From Burkholderiaceae bacterium (GTDB lineage Bacteria > Pseudomonadota > Gammaproteobacteria > Burkholderiales > Burkholderiaceae_C), in the NCBI GenBank assembly GCA_025458585.1, contig JALOSD010000001.1, positions 1-60,855 of the forward strand: DNA of 60,855 nt, given 5' to 3'. Every line of letters begins with the position of its first letter. The stretch's first letter is position 1. The notes under the pieces are model-generated. The model saw only the letters and a program-made list of their open reading frames with translations, searched no databases and was not told the DNA's origin. This document shows positions 10,269 through 22,111 of this stretch, piece after piece. The translations under genes were made by a program, and so were the position numbers.

Positions 10269-10774
10269 TTGCCGTTGTTCAGCGCGTCGATCACCTTCTT
10301 GGTGATGTCCACGCGCGGGCCGGCCATCACGACCTCCTGCAGGATCAGGTCGTACTTCTCCTGCTCGAAGATCTGCTTGATCACGCGGTTCGCCCGCTCG
10401 AGCACGGCGGCGAGTTCCTCGTTCTTGCGCTGGTTCAGGTCTTCCTGGAACTCGCGGCGACGGCGCTGGAATTCACGGTCCTGCTCGACGAGCTCGCGCT
10501 GGCGGCGTTGACGCTCGGCCTCGGACAACGTCGGCGCCTCCTTCTCGAGCCTCTCGGAGGCCGCCTTGAGTCGCTGCGCGAGATCGGCCAGCTCCTTCTC
10601 GCGGCGGCCGAACTCGGCCTCGAGCTTGACCTGCGCCGCCTTCGCCGGCGCGGCCTCGCGCAACACGCGTTCGCTGTTGACGTAGCCGATCTTCAGTTCC
10701 TGCGCCTGGGCGAGGGCCGCAGACGTGGCCACCACCGCAGCAGCCAGGGCCGACTTCCACATCCTCGTCTCCAT
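10265..10774 (-). CDS. skp: OmpH/Skp periplasmic chaperone
   Basis: Signal peptide, KIGYVN, coiled coil, YDLIL, DITKKVI; lies between bamA and lpxD. Confidence 0.92.
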   Translation of the reverse strand: METRMWKSALAAAVVATSAALAQAQELKIGYVNSERVLREAAPAKAAQVKLEAEFGRREKELADLAQRLKAASERLEKEAPTLSEAERQRRQRELVEQDREFQRRRREFQEDLNQRKNEELAAVLERANRVIKQIFEQEKYDLILQEVVMAGPRVDITKKVIDALNNGK

Positions 10775-13074
10775 CAAAACGCGGTCCCGATCTGGAACTG
10801 GAACTCCTGGATTCTATCGTTCGGCTCCTTGCGCAGCGCCTTGCCGTAGCTGAGCTTGAGCGGACCCACCGGCGACAGCCACGACATGCCGAGGCCCGCC
10901 GACGCGCGCAGCGACGACCACGACGGGCTCTCGTCCTCGCCCCACACGTTGCCGGCGTCGGTGAACGCGAACAGGCGCAGCGTGCGGTCGGTCCCGAGGC
11001 CGGGCACCGGCAGGTACAGCTCGGCGTTGAGGTTCAGCCGCTTCGGGCCACCGGTGTAGGTGCCGGTGACGTCGACCGGGCCGAGCGAGGACTGCTCGAA
11101 GCCGCGCACCGAGCCGAGGCCGCCGGCGAAGTAGTTCTTGAAGAACGGGTACTGGCGGTCGTTCAGCGACACACCGTAGCCGATCTCGCCGTTGAGGCCG
11201 AGCGCGAACTGCGGGCCGAGCGGGAAGAACTGCTGCACCTGCAGACTGCCGCGCGCGAAGCGCACGTCGCCGGCCACTGACCACTCGATGTTGAGCCGGT
11301 GGTACATGCCGCTCGTGGGCACGAGCGCGCTGTCGCGGCCGTCGCGCGACCAGCCGAGCGTCAACGGCAGCGCCGTGCTGACCGAGCCGTACTCCTGCTG
11401 GTACAGGTACCAGCTGTTCGGCAGGCCGGTGCCGTCGATCTCGTTGCGCTCGACGCCGATGCCGAAGAACACCGTGTCGAGCTCGGAGAACGGCACGCCG
11501 AAGCGGATCAGGGCGCCGGGCTGGACGAGCTTGAAGTCGTCGCTCGTCGACGTCAGCGGCCGGCTCGTGCGGTAGTAGATGTCGAACGCGCGCGAGACGC
11601 CGTCCATCGTGAAGTACGGGTTGACGCTGGTCAGCGAGAAGTTGCGGTTGTACTGGCTGGTGTTGAACTCGAAGCCGAGGTAGTTACCCGAGCCGAACAC
11701 GTTGTCCTGCCGCACCGACGCCGACAGCGTCAGGCTCTCTGCCGACGAATAGCCCGCACCGAGCATCAGGTTGCCGGTGGGCTTCTCGACGACGCGCACA
11801 GTCAGGTCGACCTGGTCGCCCGCGCCGGGTACCTCCTCGGTCTCGACGTTGACCTCGGTGAAGAAGCCGAGACGGTCGACACGGTTGCGCGACAGCCGGA
11901 TGCGTTCGCCGTCGTACCAGGCCGACTCGAGCTGGCGGAACTCGCGCCGGACCACCTCGTCGCGGGTGCGGAAGTTGCCCGCCACGTTGATGCGCCGCAC
12001 GTACACGCGCCGCTGCGGCATCGCGACGAAGACGACCTCGACCTGTCCCGTCGTGCGGTCGATCACCGGGCGCGGCTCGATGCGCGCGAACGCATAGCCG
12101 TACAGCCCGAAGCGCTCGCCGAACAGGCGCACCGTGTCGGCAACGTCCTGTGCGCGATAGGACTGGCCCGGGCGAACCTGCACCAGCGCCTTGAACTCGT
12201 CCTCGCGGCCGAGGTAGTCGCCTTCGAGGCGCACCGCGGTCACCGTGAACGGCTGGCCCTCGCGGATCGAGATCGTGATGTCGATGTCCTGCTTGTCGGG
12301 CGAGATCGTGACCTGCGCCGACTCGACGGCGAAGTCGAGGTAGCCGCGGTTCGTGTAGTACGCGCGCAGCTTCTCGAGGTCGGCGTTGAGCTTGGCGCGC
12401 GAATAGCGGTCGCTCTTCGTGTACCAGGTCATCCATCCCGACGTTGTCTGCTCGAGCTGGCCAAGCAGCGTGCCCTGCGAGAACGCGCTGTTGCCGACGA
12501 TGCGGATGTCGCGGATGCGCGCGACGTCGCCCTCGACGATCGTGAACGTGACGTTGACGCGGTTGCGCTCGAGCGGCGTGATTGTCGTGACGACCTCGGC
12601 GCCATACAGGCTGCGCGCCAGGTACTGGCGCTTGATCTCCTGTTCGGCGCGGTCGACCAGCGCCTTGTCGAACGGCAAGCCTTCGCCGATGCCGGCGTCG
12701 CGCAGCGCCTTCAGGATCTGCTCGGACTCGAACTCCTTCATGCCGGCGAAACCGACGCTGGCGATGATCGGGCGCTCCTCGACGACGACGACGAGCACGT
12801 TGCCATCGACCTCGAGCCGCACGTCGCTGAACAGGCCGGTGGCGAACAGCGCGCGCAGTGCGGCCGCGCCCTTTTCGTCGTCGTAGCGGTCGCCGATGCG
12901 AAACGGCAGCGACGCGAACACGGTGCCCGGGTCGGTGCGCTGCAGGCCTTCGACGCGGATGTCCCTCAGCACGAACGGCTCGACGGCATGGGCCGGGGCG
13001 GCGACGGCCGCGGTCACGACAGCCACGCACGCGGCCACCGGCCGCAGCGGGCCGAAACTCGATGGAAATGGCAT
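10774..13074 (-). CDS. bamA: Outer membrane protein assembly factor BamA
   Basis: POTRA domains (DIRVEGLQR), VRGF motif, C-terminal FQFQIGTAF; about 766 aa from the ATG at 13074. Confidence 0.96.
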   Translation of the reverse strand: MPFPSSFGPLRPVAACVAVVTAAVAAPAHAVEPFVLRDIRVEGLQRTDPGTVFASLPFRIGDRYDDEKGAAALRALFATGLFSDVRLEVDGNVLVVVVEERPIIASVGFAGMKEFESEQILKALRDAGIGEGLPFDKALVDRAEQEIKRQYLARSLYGAEVVTTITPLERNRVNVTFTIVEGDVARIRDIRIVGNSAFSQGTLLGQLEQTTSGWMTWYTKSDRYSRAKLNADLEKLRAYYTNRGYLDFAVESAQVTISPDKQDIDITISIREGQPFTVTAVRLEGDYLGREDEFKALVQVRPGQSYRAQDVADTVRLFGERFGLYGYAFARIEPRPVIDRTTGQVEVVFVAMPQRRVYVRRINVAGNFRTRDEVVRREFRQLESAWYDGERIRLSRNRVDRLGFFTEVNVETEEVPGAGDQVDLTVRVVEKPTGNLMLGAGYSSAESLTLSASVRQDNVFGSGNYLGFEFNTSQYNRNFSLTSVNPYFTMDGVSRAFDIYYRTSRPLTSTSDDFKLVQPGALIRFGVPFSELDTVFFGIGVERNEIDGTGLPNSWYLYQQEYGSVSTALPLTLGWSRDGRDSALVPTSGMYHRLNIEWSVAGDVRFARGSLQVQQFFPLGPQFALGLNGEIGYGVSLNDRQYPFFKNYFAGGLGSVRGFEQSSLGPVDVTGTYTGGPKRLNLNAELYLPVPGLGTDRTLRLFAFTDAGNVWGEDESPSWSSLRASAGLGMSWLSPVGPLKLSYGKALRKEPNDRIQEFQFQIGTAF

Positions 13075-13088
13075 CGAAGGGGGTGGGA

Positions 13089-14453
13089 TCAGTGCAGGCC
13101 CAGCAACCGGGCGACGTCGTTGGACAACGCGAGCGACATCAACAGCAGCAAGACCACCGCACCTGCGCGCTGCAGCCGCTGGAGCCAGGCCTCGGAGACC
13201 GGACGCCCGGTCACGCCCTCGTAGAAATAATACATGAGGTGTCCGCCGTCGAGCATCGGCAGCGGCAGCAGGTTCAGCACGCCGAGGCTCACGCTGACGA
13301 GCGCCAGGAAGCCGAGGTAGTACGCCAGGCCCTGGTTGACCGACTGCCCGGCGTAGTCGGCGATCGTCAGCGGCCCCGAGAGGTTCTTCAGCGACGCCTC
13401 GCCGATCAGCATTCGGCCGAGCATCGACAGCGTCAACGTCGACACCTCCCACGTCTTCTCGAGGCCCTGCACGAGGCCGTCGACCGGGCCGTAGCGCACG
13501 ACGACCATCTCGGGCGGCGGGCCGACGTAGGCGTCGATGCGCCCCGCAGGCCGATCGCCGTCGACGACGCGCGGGGTGACCTCGAGCTCGAGCAGGCGGC
13601 CGCTGCGCTCGATCTCCCACCGCATCGGCACGGCCTCGCGCTCGCGCACCGACGCGACGATGCGCTCGCGCAGCGACGCGGCGTCGGCCACCGGCCGGCC
13701 GTCGACGCGCAGCACGCGGTCGCCCTCGCGCAGGCCGGCGAGCGCGGCTGGCCCGCCGTCCTGCACCTGGCCCATCACCGGCTCGCTGAACGTGGCGCCG
13801 AGGCCGACGCGGCGCATCAGCGTCGCATCGACCTCGCGTGCGCCCAGCGTCGCGAGGTCGAGACGAAGGGTGCGCGGCCCGCGCCCGTCGTGGTCGCTCA
13901 CGCGCAGTTCGAGGTCGCGGCCCGCGAGCGCGGCCTGCGTGACCTGCCAGCGCAGGTCGGTCATCGACCTCACCGGCGTCCAGCGCTCGCCGTCGAACGA
14001 CCACTCGGTGACCCAGTCGCCCGAGCGCAGGCCGGCGCTCTCGGCGAGGCTGCCCGCCGCCGGGGTCGCAAGCACGGCCTTCGGCTCCTGCACGCCGAGC
14101 CACATCGACGCCGCGTACAGCAGCACCGCGAGCAGCAGGTTCGCCGCCGGCCCGGCGGCGACGATCGCCACCCGCTGGCGCAGCGGCTTGCGGTTGAAGG
14201 CCTGGTCGCGTTCGTGCGGCGCCACCGGCCCTTCGCGCTCGTCGAGCATGCGCACGTAGCCGCCCAGCGGCAGCGCGCCGACGACGAACTCGGTGCTGTC
14301 GGGCGTGCGCTGGCGGCGCCACAGCGCGCTGCCGAAACCGACCGAGAAGCGCAGCACCTTGACGCCGCACGCACGCGCAACGCGGTAGTGCCCGTACTCG
14401 TGGACGACGATCAGCACGCCGAGCGTCACGAGGAAGGCAAGCAGCGTCGTCAC
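13089..14453 (-). CDS. rseP: Intramembrane metalloprotease RseP
   Basis: HEYGH zinc motif, PDZ domains, [11 protein letters not shown]; GTG start overlaps the dxr stop. Confidence 0.94.
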   Translation of the reverse strand: MTTLLAFLVTLGVLIVVHEYGHYRVARACGVKVLRFSVGFGSALWRRQRTPDSTEFVVGALPLGGYVRMLDEREGPVAPHERDQAFNRKPLRQRVAIVAAGPAANLLLAVLLYAASMWLGVQEPKAVLATPAAGSLAESAGLRSGDWVTEWSFDGERWTPVRSMTDLRWQVTQAALAGRDLELRVSDHDGRGPRTLRLDLATLGAREVDATLMRRVGLGATFSEPVMGQVQDGGPAALAGLREGDRVLRVDGRPVADAASLRERIVASVREREAVPMRWEIERSGRLLELEVTPRVVDGDRPAGRIDAYVGPPPEMVVVRYGPVDGLVQGLEKTWEVSTLTLSMLGRMLIGEASLKNLSGPLTIADYAGQSVNQGLAYYLGFLALVSVSLGVLNLLPLPMLDGGHLMYYFYEGVTGRPVSEAWLQRLQRAGAVVLLLLMSLALSNDVARLLGLH

Positions 14454-15637
14454 CGGGCGCACTCCCTGGCGCGCCGGCGGGCTTCGATGCGCGCGCGTGC
14501 GTCGAGGGCGAGCAGGTCGTCGAGCGTGGGCTGGAGCGGAAGCTGCGGTTGCACGTGCTCGACGACGCTGGCGTTGATCCTGTGAATGTCGGTGAAGCGG
14601 ATGGTTCCGGCGAGGAACGCGGCCACCGACTCCTCGTTCGAGGCGTTGAGCACGGCGGTGCTGCCCTCGGGGCCGCGCAGCGCGTCCCAGGCGAGGAACA
14701 GCGCCGGGAAACGCTGCGGGTCGGGCGCCTCGAACGTCAGCGCGCCCAGGCGCGTGAAGTCGAGCGCATCGGCGCCGCACTCGATGCGCTCGGGGTGCGC
14801 GAGGCCGACCGCGATCGGCACCCGCATGTCGGGCGTGCCGAGCTGGGCGAGCACCGAGCGGTCGCGGCACACGACCATCGAGTGGACGATGCTCTGCGGG
14901 TGGATCACGACGCGGATCTGCTCGGGCGCGAGGTCGAACAGCCAGCGCGCCTCGACGACCTCGAGCGCCTTGTTCATCATCGTCGCCGAGTCGACCGAGA
15001 TCTTGCGCCCCATGACCCAGTTCGGGTGCGCGCAGGCCTCGTCGGGCGTCACGCCGTCGAGGCTCGCGGGGTCGCGCTGGCGGAACGGCCCGCCCGAGGC
15101 GGTCAGCACGATGTGGTCGATCGTCTCGGCCCAGCGGCGCCGATCCTCGGGCAGGCACTGGAAGATCGCCGAGTGCTCGCTGTCGATCGGCAGCAGCGTC
15201 GCGCCGCCCGCGCGCACCGCCGACATGAACAGCGCCCCGCCGACGACGAGCGCCTCCTTGTTCGCGAGCAGCAGCCGCTTGCCGGCGCGCGCGGCGGCCA
15301 GGCAAGGCGCGAGGCCGGCGGCGCCGACGATCGCCGCCATCACGCTGTCGACCTCGGGGTGCGCGGCGACCTCGCACAGCGCCCGTGCGCCGACGTGCAC
15401 CTCGGTGCCGACGCCGTGGGCCCGCAGCGCCGCGCGCAGCTTCTCGCCTCCGGCGTCGTCGGCGACGACGGCGTGTCGCGGCGCCAAGCGCACGCACTGC
15501 GCCGCGAGCGCGTCGATGCGGCCGTGCGCCGTCAGCGCGAAGACCTCGTAGCGCTGCGGATGACGTGCGACGACGTCGAGCGTGCTCGTGCCGATCGAAC
15601 CGGTCGAGCCGAGGATGCACAGGCGCTGGGGCGTCAT
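14450..15637 (-). CDS. dxr: 1-deoxy-D-xylulose-5-phosphate reductoisomerase
   Basis: [35 protein letters not shown]. Confidence 0.96.
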   Translation of the reverse strand: MTPQRLCILGSTGSIGTSTLDVVARHPQRYEVFALTAHGRIDALAAQCVRLAPRHAVVADDAGGEKLRAALRAHGVGTEVHVGARALCEVAAHPEVDSVMAAIVGAAGLAPCLAAARAGKRLLLANKEALVVGGALFMSAVRAGGATLLPIDSEHSAIFQCLPEDRRRWAETIDHIVLTASGGPFRQRDPASLDGVTPDEACAHPNWVMGRKISVDSATMMNKALEVVEARWLFDLAPEQIRVVIHPQSIVHSMVVCRDRSVLAQLGTPDMRVPIAVGLAHPERIECGADALDFTRLGALTFEAPDPQRFPALFLAWDALRGPEGSTAVLNASNEESVAAFLAGTIRFTDIHRINASVVEHVQPQLPLQPTLDDLLALDARARIEARRRARECAR

Positions 15638-15659
15638 CGCAGGCAGACGAGCATCGAAT

Positions 15660-16505
15660 TCACGAGCGCGCTGCGCTCGTCATCGCGAGCGCGAGCGGAA
15701 ACACCGGCAGCAGCGCGTCGACACGGTCGAGCACGCCGCCGTGGCCTGGCAGCAGCGAGCTGCTGTCCTTCGCGCCCGCCGCGCGCTTGACCAGCGACTC
15801 GAACAGGTCGCCGACCACGCTCATCGCCACCAGCGCCCCGGTGCCGCCGACCAGCGCGGCCCAGCCACCGGCGTCCAGCAGGCGCGTGTACAGGCTCGGC
15901 GACGCGGCGCCCGAGGCGCGGTCCGCCCACGTCCACGCGAGCGCCAGCAGCAGCACGCCGGCCGCACCGCTCCAGACCCCCTCCCAGCTCTTGCCGGGGC
16001 TGATCGCCGGCGCGAGCTTGCGCCGGCCGAAGCGGCGTCCGCCGAAGTAGGCCGCGATGTCAGCCATCCAGACGAGGCACAGCACCGAGAGCACGAAGTT
16101 CAGCCCGATCGCGTGGGCCTGCGCGAGCGCGAGCCACGCGGTCCACAGCAGCAGCGGGCCGAGCAGCCAGCGCAGCGACCGCGCCGCGTGCGGCCAGCCC
16201 GCGGGGCCGCGCCGCAGCGCCCAGAGGCCGCCGGCGACCCACAGCAGCGCCGGCAGCCACCACACGGCGGTCGGCACGTGCGACGTCCATCCGAAGGCCA
16301 GCGTCGCCGCGCACGCGACCGCGAGCAGCGCACCGGTGACCCATGCCGCAGCGCCGGCGACGCCGTTCAGGCGCGCCCACTCCCAGCCGGCGGCAGCGAT
16401 CAGGATCAGCGTCACGACGGCGAACGGCCACGGCTCGTGCCACAGCAGCGCCGGCAGCAGGACCGCGAGCAGCACCAGCGCGGTGACGACGCGCTGCTTG
16501 AGCAT
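15660..16505 (-). CDS. cdsA: Phosphatidate cytidylyltransferase
   Basis: [28 protein letters not shown]...[18 protein letters not shown]. Confidence 0.94.
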   Translation of the reverse strand: MLKQRVVTALVLLAVLLPALLWHEPWPFAVVTLILIAAAGWEWARLNGVAGAAAWVTGALLAVACAATLAFGWTSHVPTAVWWLPALLWVAGGLWALRRGPAGWPHAARSLRWLLGPLLLWTAWLALAQAHAIGLNFVLSVLCLVWMADIAAYFGGRRFGRRKLAPAISPGKSWEGVWSGAAGVLLLALAWTWADRASGAASPSLYTRLLDAGGWAALVGGTGALVAMSVVGDLFESLVKRAAGAKDSSSLLPGHGGVLDRVDALLPVFPLALAMTSAARS

Positions 16506-17260
16506 CAAGCCGTCTCGGCCAGGACCGGCGGCGTCGTGATCGTGCCGAAGCGGCGGTCGCGCCGGGCGTAGTTGCGCAACGCCGCGTCGAGCTCGGCCTC
16601 GCCGAACTCGGGCCACAGGCAATCGGAGAAATAGAGCTCGGAGTAGGCGATCTGCCACAGCAGGAAGTTGCTGACGCGGACCTCGCCGCCGGTGCGGATG
16701 AACAGGTCCGGGTCGGGGGCGAAGCTCATCGCCATGTGCTGAGCGAGCAGCGCCTCGTCGATCTGCCCCGGCGCGACGCCCGCCGCGGCGATCTTCTGGC
16801 ACGCCTGCACGACGTCCCAGCGGCCGCCGTAGTTGAAGGCCACCGAGAGGTTGATGCGGCGGTTGTGGGCGGTCACGCGCTCGGCGTGCTCGCAGGCCTC
16901 GCGCACCTTGTCCGCCACGCCGGCCCGATCGCCGACGATGCGGATGCGCACGCCCTCGCGCTGCAGTTCGGGCAGGTATTTCTGCACCGCGACCAGTACG
17001 AGCCCCATCAGGCTGGAGACCTCGTCGCTCGGGCGGTTCCAGTTCTCCGACGAGAACGCGAACACCGTGAGGTACTCGATGCCACGGTCGGCCGATGCTC
17101 GCACCACGCGCACCAGCGCGTCGACGCCAGCCTTGTGACCGAAGAAGCGTGGCATGTAACGCCGCCTCGCATAGCGGCCGTTCCCGTCCATCACGATCGC
17201 GACGTGACGCGGCAGGCGCGGCGGGGAGGCAACCCCGCAGGGGGCGGACAAATCGGTCAC
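16505..17260 (-). CDS. uppS: Undecaprenyl diphosphate synthase
   Basis: HVAIVMDGNGR, FSSENW, DLFIRTGGE.RVSNFLLWQ. Confidence 0.95.
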   Translation of the reverse strand: MTDLSAPCGVASPPRLPRHVAIVMDGNGRYARRRYMPRFFGHKAGVDALVRVVRASADRGIEYLTVFAFSSENWNRPSDEVSSLMGLVLVAVQKYLPELQREGVRIRIVGDRAGVADKVREACEHAERVTAHNRRINLSVAFNYGGRWDVVQACQKIAAAGVAPGQIDEALLAQHMAMSFAPDPDLFIRTGGEVRVSNFLLWQIAYSELYFSDCLWPEFGEAELDAALRNYARRDRRFGTITTPPVLAETA

Positions 17261-17269
17261 CGCGTTCGT

Positions 17270-17772
17270 TCAGACGGCCATGATCTCGGCTTCCTTGCCG
17301 GCGACGAGCTTGTCGACCTCGGCCACCGTGCGGTCGGTCAGGCGCTGCATCTCGTCGAGGAAGCGGCGCTCCTCGTCCTCGCCGATCGCCTTGTCCTTCA
17401 GCAGCTTCTTCGCGTGCTCGTTGGCGTCGCGGCGCAGGTTGCGCACGGCGATCTTCGCCTCCTCGCCGGCGTGGCGCGCGACCTTCGTCAGCTCGCGGCG
17501 GCGCTCCTCCGTGAGCGGGGGCATCGGCACGCGCAGCAGGTCGCCCTGCGCCGACGGGTTCAGGCCCAGGTCGCTCTCGCGGATCGCCTTCTCGATCTTC
17601 GCGCCCATGCCCTTCTCCCACGGCTGCTCGAGCCGTAGTACTCGACGTGCACTTGGTCGAGCAGGCCCGGGTGCGCGCGGCCGGTGCGGATCTTCTGCAG
17701 CTCGGCGCGCAGCGCATCGAGCGACTTGGCCATCTTCTGTTCCGTCGTCTTGCGGATGTCGGCGGTGCTCAT
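17270..17772 (-). pseudogene. frr: Ribosome recycling factor with a frameshifting deletion at 17627-17628 (probably an assembly error)
   Basis: MSTADIRK...IRTGRAHP...VEYYGS, two orphan bases, then [24 protein letters not shown]...PPLTEERR in another frame. The span is 503 nt against about 561 for a 186-aa RRF. Confidence 0.9.
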
Positions 17773-17785
17773 CGAAACGCTTCCC

Positions 17786-18496
17786 TCAGACATGCACCAG
17801 CGTGCCCTCGTCCTCGCCGAGCACGACGCGCTTGAGCGCCCCCGGCTTGAAGATCGAGAACACCTTGATCGGCAGCTTCTGGTCGCGGCACAGCGCGAAC
17901 GCCGTCGCATCCATCACCTGCAGGTTCCTGACGATCGCCTCGTCGAAGCTGATGCGCGCGTAGCGCGTGGCCGACGGGTCTTTGTTCGGGTCGGCGGTGT
18001 AGACGCCGTCGACCTTCGTCGCCTTCAGCACGATCTCGGCGCCGATCTCGGCGCCGCGCAGCGCCGCCGCCGTGTCGGTCGTGAAGAACGGGTTGCCGGT
18101 GCCGGCGGCGAACACGACGACCTTGCCCTCCTCGAGGTACTGCAGCGCCTTCGGCCGCACGTAGGGCTCGACGACCTGCTCGATCGCGATCGCGCTCATC
18201 ACGCGCGCCGTCATGCCCTCCTGGCGCATCGTGTCGGCGAGCGCGAGCGAGTTCATGACGGTGGCGAGCATGCCCATGTAGTCGGCCGTCGCGCGGTCCA
18301 TGCCGACCGAGCCGCCGGCCACGCCACGGAAGATGTTGCCGCCGCCGATCACGACGGCGACCTCGCAGCCCAGCTGCGTGATCTCCTGCACCTCGCGCAC
18401 GATGCGCACGATCGTCGCGCGGTTGATGCCGTACGCGTCGTCGCCCATCAGGGCTTCGCCGGACAGCTTCAGCAGGATCCGCTTGTAGGCCGCCAT
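17786..18496 (-). CDS. pyrH: UMP kinase
   Basis: [29 protein letters not shown]. Confidence 0.97.
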   Translation of the reverse strand: MAAYKRILLKLSGEALMGDDAYGINRATIVRIVREVQEITQLGCEVAVVIGGGNIFRGVAGGSVGMDRATADYMGMLATVMNSLALADTMRQEGMTARVMSAIAIEQVVEPYVRPKALQYLEEGKVVVFAAGTGNPFFTTDTAAALRGAEIGAEIVLKATKVDGVYTADPNKDPSATRYARISFDEAIVRNLQVMDATAFALCRDQKLPIKVFSIFKPGALKRVVLGEDEGTLVHV

Positions 18497-18554
18497 CCGG
18501 CGTGTCCCCCTAGTGCACCGGGCGCAAGTGTACGGCGGTGTACGGCGCCGGCTG

Positions 18555-19451
18555 TCACTGCCCTTTCGCCGCCGCCACCTGCGCCGCGACCTCGGCGGCG
18601 AAGTCGTCGGCCTTCTTCTCGATGCCCTCGCCGACGACGTACAGCGTGAAGCGCTTCACCGTCGTCTTCCTGTCCTTGAGCATCTGGCCCACCGTCTGCT
18701 TGCCGTCGGCGGCCTTGACGAAGACCTGGTCGAGCAGCGAAACCTCCTTGAGGAACTTCTGCACCGAGCCTTCGACCATCTTGGCGACGATGTCGGCCGG
18801 CTTGCCGCTCTCGGCCGCCTTCTCCGAAGCGATGCGCCGCTCCTTGTCGACCAGCTCGGCCGGCACCTCGGCCGACGACAGCGCCGCCGGCTTCATCGCC
18901 GCGACGTGCATCGCCACGTCCTTCGCCGCCACGTCGTCGCCGTCGTACTCGACGAGCACGCCGATGCGCGTGCCGTGCAGGTAGTGCGCCAGCGCGCCGC
19001 CGCCGGCATAGCGCCGGAAGCGGCGGATCGTCATGTTCTCGCCGATCTTGCCGATCAGCCCCTTGCGCACGTCCTCGACCGTCGGCCCGAAGCCGTCCTG
19101 CGACAGCGACAGGGCCGTCAGGGCCGCGACGTCGGCCGGCGCGTGCTGCGCGACGAGCTCGGCGCAGGCCTTCGCGAACGCGAGGAAGGACTCGTTCTTC
19201 GACACGAAGTCGGTCTCGCAGTTGACCTCGACGAGCGCGCCGATGTTGCCGGCGACCGAGGCGGCGACGACGCCCTCGGCGGTGATGCGCGACGCGGCCT
19301 TGCCGGCCTTGCTGCCGAGCTTGACGCGCAGGATCTCCTCGGCGCGGGCCATGTCGCCGTCGGCCTCGGTCAGCGCCTTCTTGCACTCCATCATCGGCGC
19401 GTCGGTCTTGGCGCGCAGATCGGCGACCATGCTTGCGGTGATTGCGGGCAT
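18555..19451 (-). CDS. tsf: Translation elongation factor Ts
   Basis: [30 protein letters not shown]. Confidence 0.97.
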   Translation of the reverse strand: MPAITASMVADLRAKTDAPMMECKKALTEADGDMARAEEILRVKLGSKAGKAASRITAEGVVAASVAGNIGALVEVNCETDFVSKNESFLAFAKACAELVAQHAPADVAALTALSLSQDGFGPTVEDVRKGLIGKIGENMTIRRFRRYAGGGALAHYLHGTRIGVLVEYDGDDVAAKDVAMHVAAMKPAALSSAEVPAELVDKERRIASEKAAESGKPADIVAKMVEGSVQKFLKEVSLLDQVFVKAADGKQTVGQMLKDRKTTVKRFTLYVVGEGIEKKADDFAAEVAAQVAAAKGQ

Positions 19452-19477
19452 TGCTTGCTAGCTCCAATGTGGTCGAA

Positions 19478-19495
19478 GGGGGCACTGCGGCCCCC
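19478..19495 (-). terminator. Possible attenuator hairpin between rpsB and tsf
   Basis: GGGGGC-N6-GCCCCC stem with only a short T tail on the minus strand. Confidence 0.35.
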
Positions 19496-19534
19496 GACGG
19501 TCGGCTCCCGGGGCCTCTCGCCCCGCGGCACGGA

Positions 19535-20278
19535 TCAGGCGTCTTCGCTGACCTCGACGAACTCGTCGCCGCCGGCGGCGGCCTGCACGACGTCGGACGT
19601 CGCGTTCGCCCTGCCATCGAGCACGGCGTCGGCCACCGCGCGCGCATACAGCGCGACCGCCTTCGCCGAGTCGTCGTTGCCCGGGATCACGTAGTCGATG
19701 CCCTCGGGCGAGTGATTGGTGTCGACGATGCCGATCACGGGGATGCCCAGCTTCTTCGCCTCGGCGACCGCGATCTTGTGGTAGCCGACGTCGATCACGA
19801 ACAGCGCGTCGGGCAGCGCGTTCATGTCCTGGATGCCGCCGATGTCCTTCTCGAGCTTCGAAAGATCGCGCTGGAACAGCAGGCCTTCCTTCTTGGTCAT
19901 CTGCTCGATGCCGGCCTCGACCTGCGCCTGCATCTCCTTGAGCTTCTTGAGCGAACCCTTGACCGTCTTGAAGTTGGTCAGCATGCCGCCAAGCCAGCGC
20001 TGGTCGACGTAGGGCATGCCGCAGCGCTGCGCCTCCTGCGCGATCACGTCGCGCGCCTGGCGCTTGGTGCCCACCATCAGGATCGTGCCGCGGCGGCCGG
20101 CGAGCTGGCGCACGAACTTCATCGCACCCTCGAAGAGCGGCTGCGTCTTCTCGAGGTTGATGATGTGGATCTTGTTGCGATGGCCGTAGATGTAGGGGGC
20201 CATCCGGGGGTTCCAGAAGCGCGTCTGGTGCCCGAAATGGACACCGGCTTCCAGCATTTCACGCATGCTGACGGTCAT
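19535..20278 (-). CDS. rpsB: 30S ribosomal protein S2
   Basis: [31 protein letters not shown]. Confidence 0.98.
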   Translation of the reverse strand: MTVSMREMLEAGVHFGHQTRFWNPRMAPYIYGHRNKIHIINLEKTQPLFEGAMKFVRQLAGRRGTILMVGTKRQARDVIAQEAQRCGMPYVDQRWLGGMLTNFKTVKGSLKKLKEMQAQVEAGIEQMTKKEGLLFQRDLSKLEKDIGGIQDMNALPDALFVIDVGYHKIAVAEAKKLGIPVIGIVDTNHSPEGIDYVIPGNDDSAKAVALYARAVADAVLDGRANATSDVVQAAAGGDEFVEVSEDA

Positions 20279-20437
20279 GGGGACTCCGAAGGTTGGGTCT
20301 AAAATCCGGCGCGAATCGCGATGTAGGAGCACCTTCGTGCATCGTCGTCGCGACACCGTTCGGCGGCCGGATCCGCGTTGGTGTCGGCCCGAACTCGGCG
20401 CTTCGGCGCGGCTCGGACAAACCCGCGGAGTATAGCA
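20279..20437 (-). promoter_or_regulatory. rpsB promoter and structured 5' leader (likely S2 autoregulatory region)
   Basis: Extended -10 TGcTATACT on the minus strand (20429-20437), then a ~145-nt leader with hairpins such as GCCGCGCCGAAGCGCCGAG. S2 autoregulation through the rpsB leader is established in Proteobacteria. Confidence 0.55.
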
Positions 20438-20552
20438 GGCCCCTCGTCGCGGGAGCGCCCGGGCAGACGACGCAACACCGCGCGCGCCGACCGGCGGCAG
20501 GGCGTCGGCGCCTTGTCGATCCCGTCGCCATCGGATAGCCTGCGTGCCACCG

Positions 20553-22076
20553 ATGCAGAAAATCGACTCCGCGTGCGCACGACTGCCGCTGCACGATGCG
20601 GCCGCCACGCGCCGCGTCGAGGCACGCGCGCTCGCGCGCTCACCCGCCGGCGCGCTGATGACGCGTGCCGGCCTCGCCACCGCGAAGCTCGCGCTCGCGC
20701 TGCGGCCCGACGCGAAGCGCGCCTGGGTGATCGCCGGTCCGGGCAACAACGGCGGCGACGGGCTCGACGCCGCTGCGCGGCTGCAGGCCAACGGCGTCGA
20801 CGTGACCGTCCACCTGCTCGCCGATGCGCAGCGACAGAGCGCCGACGCACGCGCGGCGCGGCAGCGCGCGCAGGACGCCGGGGTCAGGCTCCTCGACGCG
20901 CTGCCCGACGCCCCACCCGCCTGCGACATCGCGATCGACGCCCTGCTCGGCCTCGGCCTCACGCGCGCCCCCGAAGGCGAGCTCGCGGCCGCGATGGCGA
21001 CGTTCAACGCCACGCGTGCGACCCGGCTCGCGATCGATTTGCCCTCGGGGCTCGACGCCGACCAAGGCGCGACACCGGGCCATGCGGTGCGGGCGCAGCA
21101 CACGCTGACGATGCTCACGCTCAAGCCGGGCCTGTTCACCGCGCAGGGCCGCGACCACGCCGGGCAGGTCTGGCTCGACGCGCTCGGCAACGACGTCGAC
21201 GAGCCGCCGACCGCGTGGCTGGCGACGGCACCGGCCGAGCCGCCACCGCGGCACCACGCCCAGCACAAGGGCAGCTTCGGCGACGTCGTCGTCGTCGGTG
21301 GCGCGCCGGGGATGGTCGGCGCGGCGTGGCTGGCGGCATGCGCGGCGCTTGCTGCGGGCGCTGGGCGCGTCTACGTCAGCCTGCTCGACCCCGACGCCAC
21401 GACCTGGCTCGCGACGCGGCCCGAGTTGATGGCCCGCCAGCGGGTCTGGGCCGACCACCCGTCGCTGCTGCGCGCTTCGACCGTGGTCTGCGGCTGCGGC
21501 GGTGGCGCGGCAGTGCGGCAGGCGCTGCCGGCGGTCCTTGCACTCGCACCGAGGCTCGTGCTCGACGCCGATGCGCTCAACGCGATCGCCGACGACGAGG
21601 CCCTGCGCCACGCCCTTCGGCAGCGCGGCCGCCGCGGCGTCGCGACCGTGCTCACGCCGCACCCGCTCGAGGCGGGCCGGCTGCTCGGCCGTGGCGCCGT
21701 GCACGTGCAGGCCGACCGCTTCGGCACCGCACAGGCGCTGGTCGAGACCTTTGGCGCCGTCGTCGTGCTCAAGGGCTCGGGCACGCTGATCGCCGCCCCG
21801 TCGGCCCTGCCCTGGGTCAACGCGAGCGGCAATGCGGCGCTGGCCAGCCCGGGCACGGGCGACGTCCTCGCCGGCTGGCTCGGCGGCGAGATCGCGGCGT
21901 CGGGCGCCGCGCTGACGTCGCCTGATGCGCTGCAGCAACGCTGTGCGGCGGTCGTCGCCCGGCACGGGGCCGCGGCCGACCGCCATGGCGAACGGACCCC
22001 GCTGCGCGCTGCGGCGCTGATCGACGCGATGATCGACGCGATGGTCGACGGTTCTCGGGACGCTCCCCCGGCGTAG
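20553..22076 (+). CDS. nnr: Bifunctional NAD(P)H-hydrate epimerase/dehydratase (YjeF)
   Basis: [50 protein letters not shown]. Confidence 0.93.
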   Translation: MQKIDSACARLPLHDAAATRRVEARALARSPAGALMTRAGLATAKLALALRPDAKRAWVIAGPGNNGGDGLDAAARLQANGVDVTVHLLADAQRQSADARAARQRAQDAGVRLLDALPDAPPACDIAIDALLGLGLTRAPEGELAAAMATFNATRATRLAIDLPSGLDADQGATPGHAVRAQHTLTMLTLKPGLFTAQGRDHAGQVWLDALGNDVDEPPTAWLATAPAEPPPRHHAQHKGSFGDVVVVGGAPGMVGAAWLAACAALAAGAGRVYVSLLDPDATTWLATRPELMARQRVWADHPSLLRASTVVCGCGGGAAVRQALPAVLALAPRLVLDADALNAIADDEALRHALRQRGRRGVATVLTPHPLEAGRLLGRGAVHVQADRFGTAQALVETFGAVVVLKGSGTLIAAPSALPWVNASGNAALASPGTGDVLAGWLGGEIAASGAALTSPDALQQRCAAVVARHGAAADRHGERTPLRAAALIDAMIDAMVDGSRDAPPA

Positions 22077-22111
22077 CGCCTGCGGAGCAGCCGCCCGCGG
22101 GTCGCCGGCGA

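Noticed and set aside
10774-14370. Apparent 1198-aa BamA and similar fused ORFs (hisS 863 aa, sucB 1227 aa, rlmN 713 aa, rpsB 577 aa)
   Set aside because: The extensions are off-frame read-through of upstream genes caused by rare stop codons. Normal starts are present downstream.
17270-17772. Programmed ribosomal frameshifting as the explanation for the broken genes
   Set aside because: Conserved coding blocks are physically missing, and the junctions have no slippery sequence or shared motif.
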